Positions 12,035 to 20,823 of a stretch of 64,000 nt of DNA are shown one piece after another. A program made the position numbers and the translations under genes. The stretch lies in the NCBI RefSeq assembly GCF_030384885.1, contig NZ_CP128613.1, one strand, 5' to 3'. The notes beneath the pieces were generated by a model. That model saw nothing but the letters and a program-made list of their open reading frames with translations, searched no databases and was not told the origin of the DNA. Origin of the DNA: Escherichia coli. GTDB lineage: Bacteria; Pseudomonadota; Gammaproteobacteria; Enterobacterales; Enterobacteriaceae. How positions within the stretch are numbered: position 1 is the first letter of the stretch; each line of letters starts with the position of its first letter.

Positions 12035-14056
12035 TTATTTCCCTCGTTTTGCTGCCATCATCGCCTTCAGATTTGCCAGATGGTTTTGGCCTTTCTGCAT
12101 TCGTTCTTCGGCGCTGACAACTTTGCGCTCCTGTTCCCATACCAAATCATCCTGCGGCAGCTCCAGCAGGAAGCGACTCGGCTCCGGGCGCACAAGTTCG
12201 CCGTACTGACGGCGTTCTTTACACAGCGTAAAGGTCAATTCCTTCTGGGCGCGGGTGATGCCAACATAGGCCAGCCGACGCTCCTCATCAATATTGTCTT
12301 CATCGATGCTGCTCTGGTGAGGCAAAAATCCTTCTTCCATACCGACCATGTAGACATAAGGAAACTCCAGCCCTTTTGACGCGTGCAGAGTCATCAGTTG
12401 TACCTGATCCAGCTCTTCCTCGCTCTCGCCGCGCTCCATCATGTCTCGCAGAGTAAAGCGCGTCACCACCTGAGTGAGCGTCATCGGCTCATCCAGTTCA
12501 CTGCCTTCCAGCATCTCCGTCATCCAGCTAAACAGTTGGTTGACGTTCTTCATGCGCATTTCGGCAGCTTTCGGGCTGGGCGATGTTTCATACAGCCAGG
12601 ATTCATAATCCATGCCGTGGATCAGATCGCGTACTGCGGCAATCGGCTCCCGCTCCGCCAGGCGCTGGATTTCCGCTAGCCAGTGAGTGAAGCGGGTCAA
12701 TGCTTCATAACCACGTCCACTAAGCGTCTGACTCAGGCCCATATCAAAACTGGCGGTAAACATACTTTTATTGCGCGTCATCGCCCACTCGCCCAGCTTT
12801 TTCAGCGTCGCCGGGCCAATCTCTCGTTTCGGCGTGTTAACGATACGCAGAAATGCGCTGTCATCGTCCGGGTTAGTCAGCACGCGCAGATAAGCCAGCA
12901 AATCTTTGATTTCTGGGCGAGAGAAAAACGACGTGCCACCGGAAATTTTGTACGGGATGCGGTTTTGCATCAGGAATTTTTCAAACACCCGCGACTGATG
13001 GTTACCGCGATAAAGAATGGCGTAATCTTTGTACTGCGTTTTATTGACGAAGTGATGGGCGATCAATTCACCGGTGACGCGCTCGGCCTCATGTTCCTCG
13101 TTATTCGCGCTTAAAACTTTTAGCTCTGTGCCGTAACCCAGTTCAGAAAAAAGACGCTTTTCAAAGACGTGCGGGTTATTGGCGATAAGGATGTTCGCCG
13201 CTTTCAGAATACGCCCGGAAGAGCGATAGTTCTGTTCGAGTTTAATCACCTTCAACGCAGGGAAATCCTGGCTCAACAGCACCAGGTTTTGCGGACGGGC
13301 ACCGCGCCAGGAGTAGATCGACTGGTCATCATCGCCTACCACGGTAAAACGTGCGCGGCTGCCCACCAGCAGTTTCACCAGCTCATACTGACTGGTGTTG
13401 GTGTCCTGATATTCATCCACCAGCAGGTAGCGAATTTTGTTCTGCCAGCGCTCGCGGACTTCTTCATTGCGTTGCAGCAGTAACGTCGGCAATAAAATCA
13501 GATCATCGAAGTCGAGAACGTTACAGGCTTTCAGGTGTGAATCATACAGCCCATAACAATGGGCAAAAATGCGATCCCGCTCGCCCTTTGCTTCTGCCGC
13601 CGCCTGCGCCGGTGTTTTGAGATCGTTCTTCCAGTTAGAGATGGTCGAAATCAGCTGTTGCAGAAGAACTTTGTCATCTTCAATCAGCCCCTCGGTCAGT
13701 TCTTTGAGCAACGCCAGTTGATCGGTATCGTCAAACAGTGAAAAGTTCGCTTTCATCCCAAGCGCCGCATACTCCCGTTTGATGATATCCAGCCCTAATG
13801 TATGGAAGGTGGAGATCATCAGCCCGCGCGCCTCTTTACGCCCCAGCGTCTGCCCGACACGCTCTTTCATCTCGCGCGCCGCCTTATTGGTAAAGGTCAC
13901 CGCCGCGATATGTCGCGCCTGATAACCGCAACCGCGGATCAGATGGGCGATTTTATTGGTGATAACACGAGTTTTACCGGAACCCGCGCCCGCCAGCACC
14001 AGGCAGGGGCCGGTAACGAATTCGACAGCTTGTTGTTGGCCGGGGTTTAGACGCAT
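12035..14056 (-). CDS. rep: ATP-dependent DNA helicase Rep
   Basis: ORF 12035..14107; recognised start [31 protein letters not shown] (673 aa); UvrD-family motifs. Confidence 0.9.
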   Translation of the reverse strand: MRLNPGQQQAVEFVTGPCLVLAGAGSGKTRVITNKIAHLIRGCGYQARHIAAVTFTNKAAREMKERVGQTLGRKEARGLMISTFHTLGLDIIKREYAALGMKANFSLFDDTDQLALLKELTEGLIEDDKVLLQQLISTISNWKNDLKTPAQAAAEAKGERDRIFAHCYGLYDSHLKACNVLDFDDLILLPTLLLQRNEEVRERWQNKIRYLLVDEYQDTNTSQYELVKLLVGSRARFTVVGDDDQSIYSWRGARPQNLVLLSQDFPALKVIKLEQNYRSSGRILKAANILIANNPHVFEKRLFSELGYGTELKVLSANNEEHEAERVTGELIAHHFVNKTQYKDYAILYRGNHQSRVFEKFLMQNRIPYKISGGTSFFSRPEIKDLLAYLRVLTNPDDDSAFLRIVNTPKREIGPATLKKLGEWAMTRNKSMFTASFDMGLSQTLSGRGYEALTRFTHWLAEIQRLAEREPIAAVRDLIHGMDYESWLYETSPSPKAAEMRMKNVNQLFSWMTEMLEGSELDEPMTLTQVVTRFTLRDMMERGESEEELDQVQLMTLHASKGLEFPYVYMVGMEEGFLPHQSSIDEDNIDEERRLAYVGITRAQKELTFTLCKERRQYGELVRPEPSRFLLELPQDDLVWEQERKVVSAEERMQKGQNHLANLKAMMAAKRGK

Positions 14057-14272
14057 AGGTGTATTGCTCAATCTTCGAACGGGGGGAGGATTGTAGCAGA
14101 ATCGCATTTGAATGTGACCGAGTGAAAACCGCTAACCGGATGGCTGCGGATGTTTAAATCAGAGAGGGAAGGCCGAAACCGGAGTTCATCATGAATCCAT
14201 TAGACTTAGAAAATATCGGGTCGTAACGTTGTGTTATTACTTTTTCAGAGTTTACTAAGGAGAGGTTTACTC

Positions 14273-14722
14273 GTGGCGATTAATTTCAGCCCCAAGGTTG
14301 GTGAAATACTGGAATGCAACTTTGGTAACTATCCCGTTAGCCAGAATGGACAGTTCAGCACGACGTATTACGATGGCCGCATTCCACCTGAGATGATAAA
14401 AAATAGGTTGGTTGTCGTGCTCAACGGAAAAATTAATGGCAACGCATGTATCGTCGTTCCATTATCAACCACTCGCGACCATGACAAGTTAAATCGTGGA
14501 ATGCATGTTGAAATAGCCAGTAATGTTATCAATGACCTGCAATTCTTTGATCCGCAGATACGTTGGGCTAAAGCCGACCTGGTACAACAAGTCAGTCGAA
14601 ACCGATTAAACAGAGCAAGGACTTATCGGGGGTATCTTAATCAATGTTTGCCACATGAGTTGGTTGCAGACATACAGAGGGCAGTCATCAAGTCAATCAA
14701 TGCCATATCGCTCATAAATTGA
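14273..14722 (+). CDS. yifN: MazF/PemK-like toxin-fold protein YifN
   Basis: ORF 14231..14722; AAGGAGA RBS 9 nt before GTG at 14273; PemK-like segments (KVGEIL..., RLVVVL, CIVVPLSTT); position between rep and ppiC. Confidence 0.65.
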   Translation: MAINFSPKVGEILECNFGNYPVSQNGQFSTTYYDGRIPPEMIKNRLVVVLNGKINGNACIVVPLSTTRDHDKLNRGMHVEIASNVINDLQFFDPQIRWAKADLVQQVSRNRLNRARTYRGYLNQCLPHELVADIQRAVIKSINAISLIN

Positions 14723-14797
14723 CAATAAAATCACCATCCCCGATAATGACTCTGTAGCCCATAGAGGCCCTAAGTTTTCTCCCCTTGAGGGACCTGC

Positions 14798-14822
14798 GAA
14801 GCCCGGATTTTCCGGGCTTTTG
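14798..14822 (+). terminator. hairpin downstream of yifN
   Basis: GAAGCCCGG-ATTT-CCGGGCTT stem-loop followed by a short T-run. Confidence 0.45.
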
Positions 14823-14849
14823 CCATATATGTCCCCCCTCCCTGACTGA

Positions 14850-15155
<306 letters not shown>

Positions 15156-15159
15156 CAGC

Positions 15160-15184
15160 AAGGCCTTCTCCGGGAGAAGGCCTT
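15160..15184. terminator. bidirectional hairpin between convergent ppiC and ilvC
   Basis: AAGGCCTTCTC-CGG-GAGAAGGCCTT perfect 11-bp inverted repeat lying between two stop codons. Confidence 0.6.
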
Positions 15185-15200
15185 GAACTCTGAATCGCAC

Positions 15201-16676
15201 TTAACCCGCAACTGCAATACGTTTCATATCCGTCATATAGCCGCGCAGTTTCTTACCTACCTGCTCAATCGCATGGCTGCGAATCGCTTCGTTCACATCA
15301 CGCAACTGCGCGTTATCTACCGCACCTTCCGGAATAGCTTTACCCAGGTCGCCCGGTTGCAGCTCTGCCATAAACGGTTTCAGCAACGGCACACAAGCGT
15401 AAGAGAACAGATAGTTACCGTACTCGGCGGTATCAGAGATAACCACGTTCATTTCGTACAGACGCTTACGGGCGATGGTATTGGCAATCAGCGGCAGTTC
15501 GTGCAGTGATTCATAGTAAGCAGACTCTTCGATGATGCCGGAATCAACCATGGTTTCGAATGCCAGCTCAACGCCCGCTTTCACCATCGCGATCATCAGT
15601 ACGCCTTTATCGAAGTACTCTTGCTCGCCGATTTTGCCTTCAAACTGCGGCGCAGTTTCGAACGCGGTTTTGCCGGTTTCTTCACGCCAGGTCAGCAGTT
15701 TCTTATCGTCGTTAGCCCAGTCCGCCATCATGCCGGAAGAGAATTCGCCAGAGATGATATCGTCCATATGTTTCTGGAACAGCGGTGCCATGATCTCTTT
15801 CAGTTGTTCAGAGAGCGCGTAAGCACGCAGTTTCGCCGGGTTAGAGAGACGGTCCATCATCAGGGTGATGCCGCCCTGCTTCAGGGCTTCGGTGATGGTT
15901 TCCCAACCGAACTGAATCAGTTTTTCTGCATATGCCGGGTCGGTGCCTTCTTCCACCAGCTTGTCGAAGCACAGCAGAGAGCCAGCCTGCAACATACCGC
16001 ACAGAATGGTTTGCTCGCCCATCAGGTCAGATTTCACTTCCGCAACAAAGGACGATTCCAGCACGCCAGCACGGTGACCACCAGTTGCTGCCGCCCATGC
16101 TTTAGCGATCGCCATGCCTTCGCCTTTCGGATCGTTTTCCGGGTGAACGGCAATCAGCGTCGGTACGCCAAACCCACGTTTGTACTCTTCACGCACTTCA
16201 GTGCCAGGGCATTTCGGCGCAACCATTACTACGGTGATGTCTTTACGGATCTGCTCGCCCACTTCGACGATGTTGAAACCATGTGAGTAACCCAGCGCCG
16301 CGCCGTCTTTCATCAGTGGCTGTACGGTGCGCACCACGTCGGAGTGCTGTTTGTCTGGCGTCAGGTTAACCACCAGATCTGCCTGCGGGATCAGCTCTTC
16401 GTAAGTACCCACTTTAAAACCGTTTTCGGTCGCTTTACGCCAGGATGCGCGCTTCTCAGCGATCGCTTCTTTACGCAGGGCATAAGAGATATCCAGACCA
16501 GAATCACGCATGTTCAGGCCCTGGTTCAGACCCTGCGCACCACAACCGACGATGACCACTTTTTTACCCTGAAGGTAGCTCGCGCCATCGGCGAATTCGT
16601 CGCGGCCCATAAAGCGACATTTGCCCAGCTGTGCCAGCTGCTGGCGCAGGTTCAGTGTATTGAAGTAGTTAGCCAT
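15201..16676 (-). CDS. ilvC: ketol-acid reductoisomerase
   Basis: ORF 15201..16826; recognised start [23 protein letters not shown] (491 aa). Confidence 0.95.
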   Translation of the reverse strand: MANYFNTLNLRQQLAQLGKCRFMGRDEFADGASYLQGKKVVIVGCGAQGLNQGLNMRDSGLDISYALRKEAIAEKRASWRKATENGFKVGTYEELIPQADLVVNLTPDKQHSDVVRTVQPLMKDGAALGYSHGFNIVEVGEQIRKDITVVMVAPKCPGTEVREEYKRGFGVPTLIAVHPENDPKGEGMAIAKAWAAATGGHRAGVLESSFVAEVKSDLMGEQTILCGMLQAGSLLCFDKLVEEGTDPAYAEKLIQFGWETITEALKQGGITLMMDRLSNPAKLRAYALSEQLKEIMAPLFQKHMDDIISGEFSSGMMADWANDDKKLLTWREETGKTAFETAPQFEGKIGEQEYFDKGVLMIAMVKAGVELAFETMVDSGIIEESAYYESLHELPLIANTIARKRLYEMNVVISDTAEYGNYLFSYACVPLLKPFMAELQPGDLGKAIPEGAVDNAQLRDVNEAIRSHAIEQVGKKLRGYMTDMKRIAVAG

Positions 16677-16825
16677 GGTGATTCCTCGTGATGTTGTGCT
16701 TCTTATTGTTCGGTTCGCGTTTGCGAGATTGAATTCACTATATGACAGGAAATTTATTGCGGAAATTGATATATTCACAACGTCACATTGCAATTTTTGC
16801 AACGTCAACATTGAGGGCTGCGCCA
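16677..16825. promoter_or_regulatory. ilvY-ilvC divergent promoter/operator region
   Basis: 150-bp AT-rich spacer between divergent starts; contains TTGCAA-N5-TTGCAA dyad typical of LysR-type operators. Confidence 0.55.
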
Positions 16826-17716
16826 TTGGATTTACGCGATCTGAAAACCTTCCTGCATCTGGCGGAAAGCCGCCATTTTGGCCGCAGCGCGCGGGCGATG
16901 CACGTTAGTCCATCCACGCTTTCCCGACAGATTCAGCGCCTGGAAGAAGATCTCGGTCAGCAGCTGTTTGTGCGCGATAACCGTACGGTGACGCTGACCG
17001 AAGCGGGCGAAGAACTGCGCGTTTTCGCCCAGCAAACACTGTTGCAGTATCAGCAATTGCGCCACACCATCGACCAGCAAGGACCGTCGCTCTCTGGCGA
17101 ATTACATATCTTCTGCTCGGTGACCGCTGCCTACAGCCATCTGCCGCCGATTCTTGACAGATTCCGCGCGGAACACCCGTCAGTGGAGATCAAACTCACT
17201 ACCGGTGATGCGGCGGATGCGATGGAAAAAGTGGTGACGGGGGAAGCGGATCTGGCGATTGCCGGGAAGCCGGAGACGCTGCCCGGTGCAGTGGCGTTTT
17301 CGATGCTGGAGAATCTGGCAGTGGTGCTGATCGCGCCTGCCCTACCGTGCCCGGTGCGTAATCAGGTTTCGGTAGAGAAGCCGGACTGGTCTACAGTGCC
17401 GTTTATCATGGCAGATCAGGGGCCGGTGCGCCGCCGCATTGAGCTGTGGTTCCGACGCAATAAAATCAGTAACCCGATGATTTACGCCACGGTTGGCGGA
17501 CATGAAGCGATGGTTTCGATGGTGGCGCTCGGCTGCGGCGTGGCATTGTTGCCGGAAGTGGTGCTGGAAAACAGCCCGGAACCGGTGCGTAACCGCGTGA
17601 TGATTCTGGAGCGTAGCGATGAGAAAACGCCGTTTGAGCTGGGCGTTTGTGCACAAAAAAAGCGGCTGCATGAGCCGCTGATTGAGGCTTTCTGGAAGAT
17701 TTTACCGAATTACTAA
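16826..17716 (+). CDS. ilvY: LysR-family transcriptional activator of ilvC
   Basis: Protein reads (M)[44 protein letters not shown]...; the codon encoding the first residue is TTG at 16826, no in-frame ATG nearby. Confidence 0.85.
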   Translation: MDLRDLKTFLHLAESRHFGRSARAMHVSPSTLSRQIQRLEEDLGQQLFVRDNRTVTLTEAGEELRVFAQQTLLQYQQLRHTIDQQGPSLSGELHIFCSVTAAYSHLPPILDRFRAEHPSVEIKLTTGDAADAMEKVVTGEADLAIAGKPETLPGAVAFSMLENLAVVLIAPALPCPVRNQVSVEKPDWSTVPFIMADQGPVRRRIELWFRRNKISNPMIYATVGGHEAMVSMVALGCGVALLPEVVLENSPEPVRNRVMILERSDEKTPFELGVCAQKKRLHEPLIEAFWKILPNY

Positions 17717-17726
17717 GGACAATTTC

Positions 17727-18116
17727 ATGACAACAAGAAAGTGGATATTATTATTGGTTTTAGCGGTAAGTTGCATTGCGCAAGCCAAACCGAAAGGTAT
17801 CACCGTTCAGGATGTGAAGCATCTGGCGTTGAAAGAGTGTTTAACGTCCCATTATCGTGAGCGTACGCCCGCTGATGCCTTTTCGGCTCCTGCTCATGAC
17901 GTTTCATTTCTGCTTGAAAGGTATGCTTTAGATAATGCTGGAAAGTGGAATGCTTTTCAGAAATTTGTCGCCAAAGAGACGAAGGGATTTGGCACCCTCA
18001 CCCTTGCGCTACATCCCGATAGCGCAAAGGATGCGAATAACATAATGGAGCGGTGTATGAGCTTTTATGAGTCGGAAAAGCTTGATAATTACATTCGTAA
18101 TAAGATTATGAAGTAA
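17727..18116 (+). CDS. hypothetical small exported protein (predicted signal peptide; possible lipobox)
   Basis: ATG with AAGGA RBS 8 nt upstream, starting 10 nt after the ilvY stop; N-terminus MTTRKWILLLVLAVSCIAQA|KPKG has n/h/c signal regions and an AxA site; two Cys in the mature part. No family recognised. Confidence 0.6.
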   Translation: MTTRKWILLLVLAVSCIAQAKPKGITVQDVKHLALKECLTSHYRERTPADAFSAPAHDVSFLLERYALDNAGKWNAFQKFVAKETKGFGTLTLALHPDSAKDANNIMERCMSFYESEKLDNYIRNKIMK

Positions 18117-18134
18117 ATCGTGAGAAATAAATAC

Positions 18135-18725
18135 ATGGCAAAAAATAATAATCACTTACCATCGAATATCGATAATTTCTCTATCCATAAGAAATACACC
18201 CACATATTTGACATTGCCTTTGTAAAGTTTGGTGCCAGACTGGCAGATGTACAAATGACACTATTCAAAAACACATCGCCCTCAGTTTATACACTTCAAT
18301 GTATAAGTGACGATGAATTGTTCTTTATTGATATTTACGAAGATGAGCAAGCCGTGTTAGCAGAACACCGAATTATTGATAATGAAGAAAATATTGTTTT
18401 CATCCCACATTGTTTTACAAAAATGTTAATGACTGCTTGTCAGGAAGCTAAAAAACAACCTGCTTTATACACGGAAGATATACTAATGAGCAAAAGAGTG
18501 CGTCGCCAGCGACTATCACAGACTATGCCTGCTCTGGTGAGCCTACGTGACATCCATATCGATTTTAGGACCAGTTACGGACATGGCGAAGCCTCATACG
18601 AGATCAATTTTAGTCCATACGCTATCGAAAATGGTGACTGGATGAACGCTAAAAGGTGCAGAAATTTTTCTGTTATGTTCGATGAGAATATGAATTTTAT
18701 AGAAGTTCAATGGTATAGGGATTAA
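18135..18725 (+). CDS. hypothetical cytoplasmic protein (196 aa), AT-rich gene
   Basis: ORF 18120..18725; likely start is the ATG at 18135 (MAKNNNHLPSN...); no TM or signal peptide; visibly AT-rich codon usage; no recognisable motif. Confidence 0.55.
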   Translation: MAKNNNHLPSNIDNFSIHKKYTHIFDIAFVKFGARLADVQMTLFKNTSPSVYTLQCISDDELFFIDIYEDEQAVLAEHRIIDNEENIVFIPHCFTKMLMTACQEAKKQPALYTEDILMSKRVRRQRLSQTMPALVSLRDIHIDFRTSYGHGEASYEINFSPYAIENGDWMNAKRCRNFSVMFDENMNFIEVQWYRD

Positions 18726-18731
18726 AAAAAC

Positions 18732-19205
18732 TTAAACCGAAACACGATTTGGAAACATAACAACCTCCACTTCAATTTCTGTTAAATTACTTAAATTGAT
18801 TATCAGTTTTAACTCTGAATGTTCGTTAATTGCCATCAAAATATCATTGCTAACAGAAATAAAGCTTATTGGGTTAGTCTGGGTAAAAAAGAATCCCCAG
18901 ACAAAATTATTATCAGCATCTATATATACCAACGATCCCTCGTTTCCCATCGTTCCATCACCGCCGTAGATTTTCCCGCCTTTATACTCAGTAAATGTCC
19001 AGTAGTCGACGGGAACCCAGCAATCAGAATCGTATTTTTCAATACTGGAGAAGGATGTATCACACAAAGGAGTACACCAGGCTTTCTTCTCTTTCGTGTA
19101 ATTATCGAAAGACTCCCGCCAGTTTAAAAGGGTGACAGTCCCATTCGCAAAGGTCAGGCTATCGATTCCAGGTAACTCTTTTTTCTCTTCCCAGCGTTTA
19201 AACAT
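18732..19205 (-). CDS. hypothetical cytoplasmic protein (157 aa)
   Basis: ATG at 19205 with AAGGA RBS 9 nt upstream; stop lies 6 bp from the stop of the preceding plus-strand ORF (tail-to-tail); AT-rich; no recognisable motif. Confidence 0.55.
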   Translation of the reverse strand: MFKRWEEKKELPGIDSLTFANGTVTLLNWRESFDNYTKEKKAWCTPLCDTSFSSIEKYDSDCWVPVDYWTFTEYKGGKIYGGDGTMGNEGSLVYIDADNNFVWGFFFTQTNPISFISVSNDILMAINEHSELKLIINLSNLTEIEVEVVMFPNRVSV

Positions 19206-19240
19206 GACAATAAATCCTTTTATTTCATCACGTAGTATAA

Positions 19241-19268
19241 CTCCCTAATGAAGACGTTCATTAGGGAG
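19241..19268 (-). terminator. perfect 12-bp inverted repeat just downstream of the ilvA stop
   Basis: CTCCCTAATGAA-GACG-TTCATTAGGGAG; weak U-tract, so possibly a leaky terminator or processing site. Confidence 0.45.
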
Positions 19269-19276
19269 CCATGTGT

Positions 19277-20821
19277 TTAACCCGCCAAAAAGAACCTGAA
19301 CGCCGGGTTATGGGTTTCGTCGTGGCAATCGTAGCCCAGCTCATTTAGCCGGGTTTCGAAATCCGGTTCGTGGTCGCCAAGCTCGAACGCCGCCAGTACG
19401 CGCCCGTAGTCGGTACCGTGGCTGCGATAATGGAAAAGCGAAATGTTCCAGTGGGTACCTAGCGTGTTGAGGAAGCGCAGCAGCGCGCCCGGCGATTCCG
19501 GGAACTCGAAGCTGTAGAGGCGTTCCTGCAACGGATGCGATGGACGCCCACCAACCATATAGCGCACGTGTAGCTTCGCCATTTCGTCGTCGGAGAGATC
19601 AACCACGCTGTAGCCGCCATCGTTGAGCATCTGCAAAATTTCTTTACGCTCTTCGAGCCCTCGACTTAAGCGCACGCCGACAAAAATGCAGGCGTTTTTG
19701 GCATCGGCAAAGCGGTAGTTGAACTCGGTGACCGAGCGCCCGCCAAGCAGTTGGCAGAACTTCAGGAAGCTGCCCTTCTCTTCCGGGATAGTCACCGCCA
19801 GCAACGCTTCACGCTGTTCACCCAGTTCGCAGCGTTCCGAGACGTAGCGCAGGCCGTGGAAATTGACATTCGCCCCCGAAAGCACATGCGCCAGTCGTTC
19901 GCCGCGAATATTGTTCTGGGCGATGTATTTTTTCATTCCCGCCAGCGCCAGCGCGCCGGAAGGTTCCGCCACCGCGCGCACATCTTCGAATAAATCCTTC
20001 ATCGCCGCACAGATCGCATCACTATCGACGGTGATGATGTCGTCGAGATACTCCTGGCATAAACGGAATGTTTCGTCGCCAATGCGTTTTACCGCTACGC
20101 CTTCAGCAAATAGCCCCACGCGCGGCAGATCAACCGGATGACCCGCATCCAGCGCCGCTTTCAGGCAGGCGGAGTCTTCCGCTTCAACGGCAATCACTTT
20201 GATTTGCGGCATCAGTTGTTTGATCAGCACCGCCACACCCGCCGCCAGACCGCCGCCGCCGACCGGCACAAACACGCGGTCAAGATGGGCATCCTGCTGG
20301 AGCAGTTCCAGCGCCAGCGTGCCTTGCCCGGCGATCACCATCGGGTGGTCGAACGGCGGCACCCAGGTGAAGCCCTGCTGCTGTGACAGTTCGATCGCTT
20401 TCGCTTTTGCTTCGTCAAAGTTCGCGCCATGAAGCAACACTTCGCCGCCAAAGCCGCGTACCGCATCAACTTTGATATCGGCGGTGGCGGTTGGCATGAC
20501 GATCAGCGCCTTCACGCCTAACCGCGCGGAGGAAAACGCGACGCCCTGCGCGTGATTACCCGCCGAGGCAGTGATCACGCCATGCGCTTTTTGTTCTTCC
20601 GTCAGGCCCGCCATCATGGCGTATGCACCGCGCAGCTTAAAGCTGTGTACCGGCTGGCGATCTTCGCGCTTCACCAGAATCACGTTATCAAGACGCGACG
20701 AGAGCTTTTCCATTTTTTGTAGCGGCGTGACCTGCGCCGCCTCGTAAACCGGTGCACGTAGCACCGCTCTTAAATATTCGGCGCCTTCCGGAGCACCAGA
20801 CAGGGGTTGTGAGTCTGCCAT
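19277..20821 (-). CDS. ilvA: threonine deaminase (biosynthetic threonine dehydratase)
   Basis: ORF 19277..20824; recognised start MADSQPLSGAPEGAEYLRAVLRAPVYEAAQVTPLQKMEKLS (514 aa). Confidence 0.95.
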   Translation of the reverse strand: MADSQPLSGAPEGAEYLRAVLRAPVYEAAQVTPLQKMEKLSSRLDNVILVKREDRQPVHSFKLRGAYAMMAGLTEEQKAHGVITASAGNHAQGVAFSSARLGVKALIVMPTATADIKVDAVRGFGGEVLLHGANFDEAKAKAIELSQQQGFTWVPPFDHPMVIAGQGTLALELLQQDAHLDRVFVPVGGGGLAAGVAVLIKQLMPQIKVIAVEAEDSACLKAALDAGHPVDLPRVGLFAEGVAVKRIGDETFRLCQEYLDDIITVDSDAICAAMKDLFEDVRAVAEPSGALALAGMKKYIAQNNIRGERLAHVLSGANVNFHGLRYVSERCELGEQREALLAVTIPEEKGSFLKFCQLLGGRSVTEFNYRFADAKNACIFVGVRLSRGLEERKEILQMLNDGGYSVVDLSDDEMAKLHVRYMVGGRPSHPLQERLYSFEFPESPGALLRFLNTLGTHWNISLFHYRSHGTDYGRVLAAFELGDHEPDFETRLNELGYDCHDETHNPAFRFFLAG

Positions 20822-20823
20822 CA

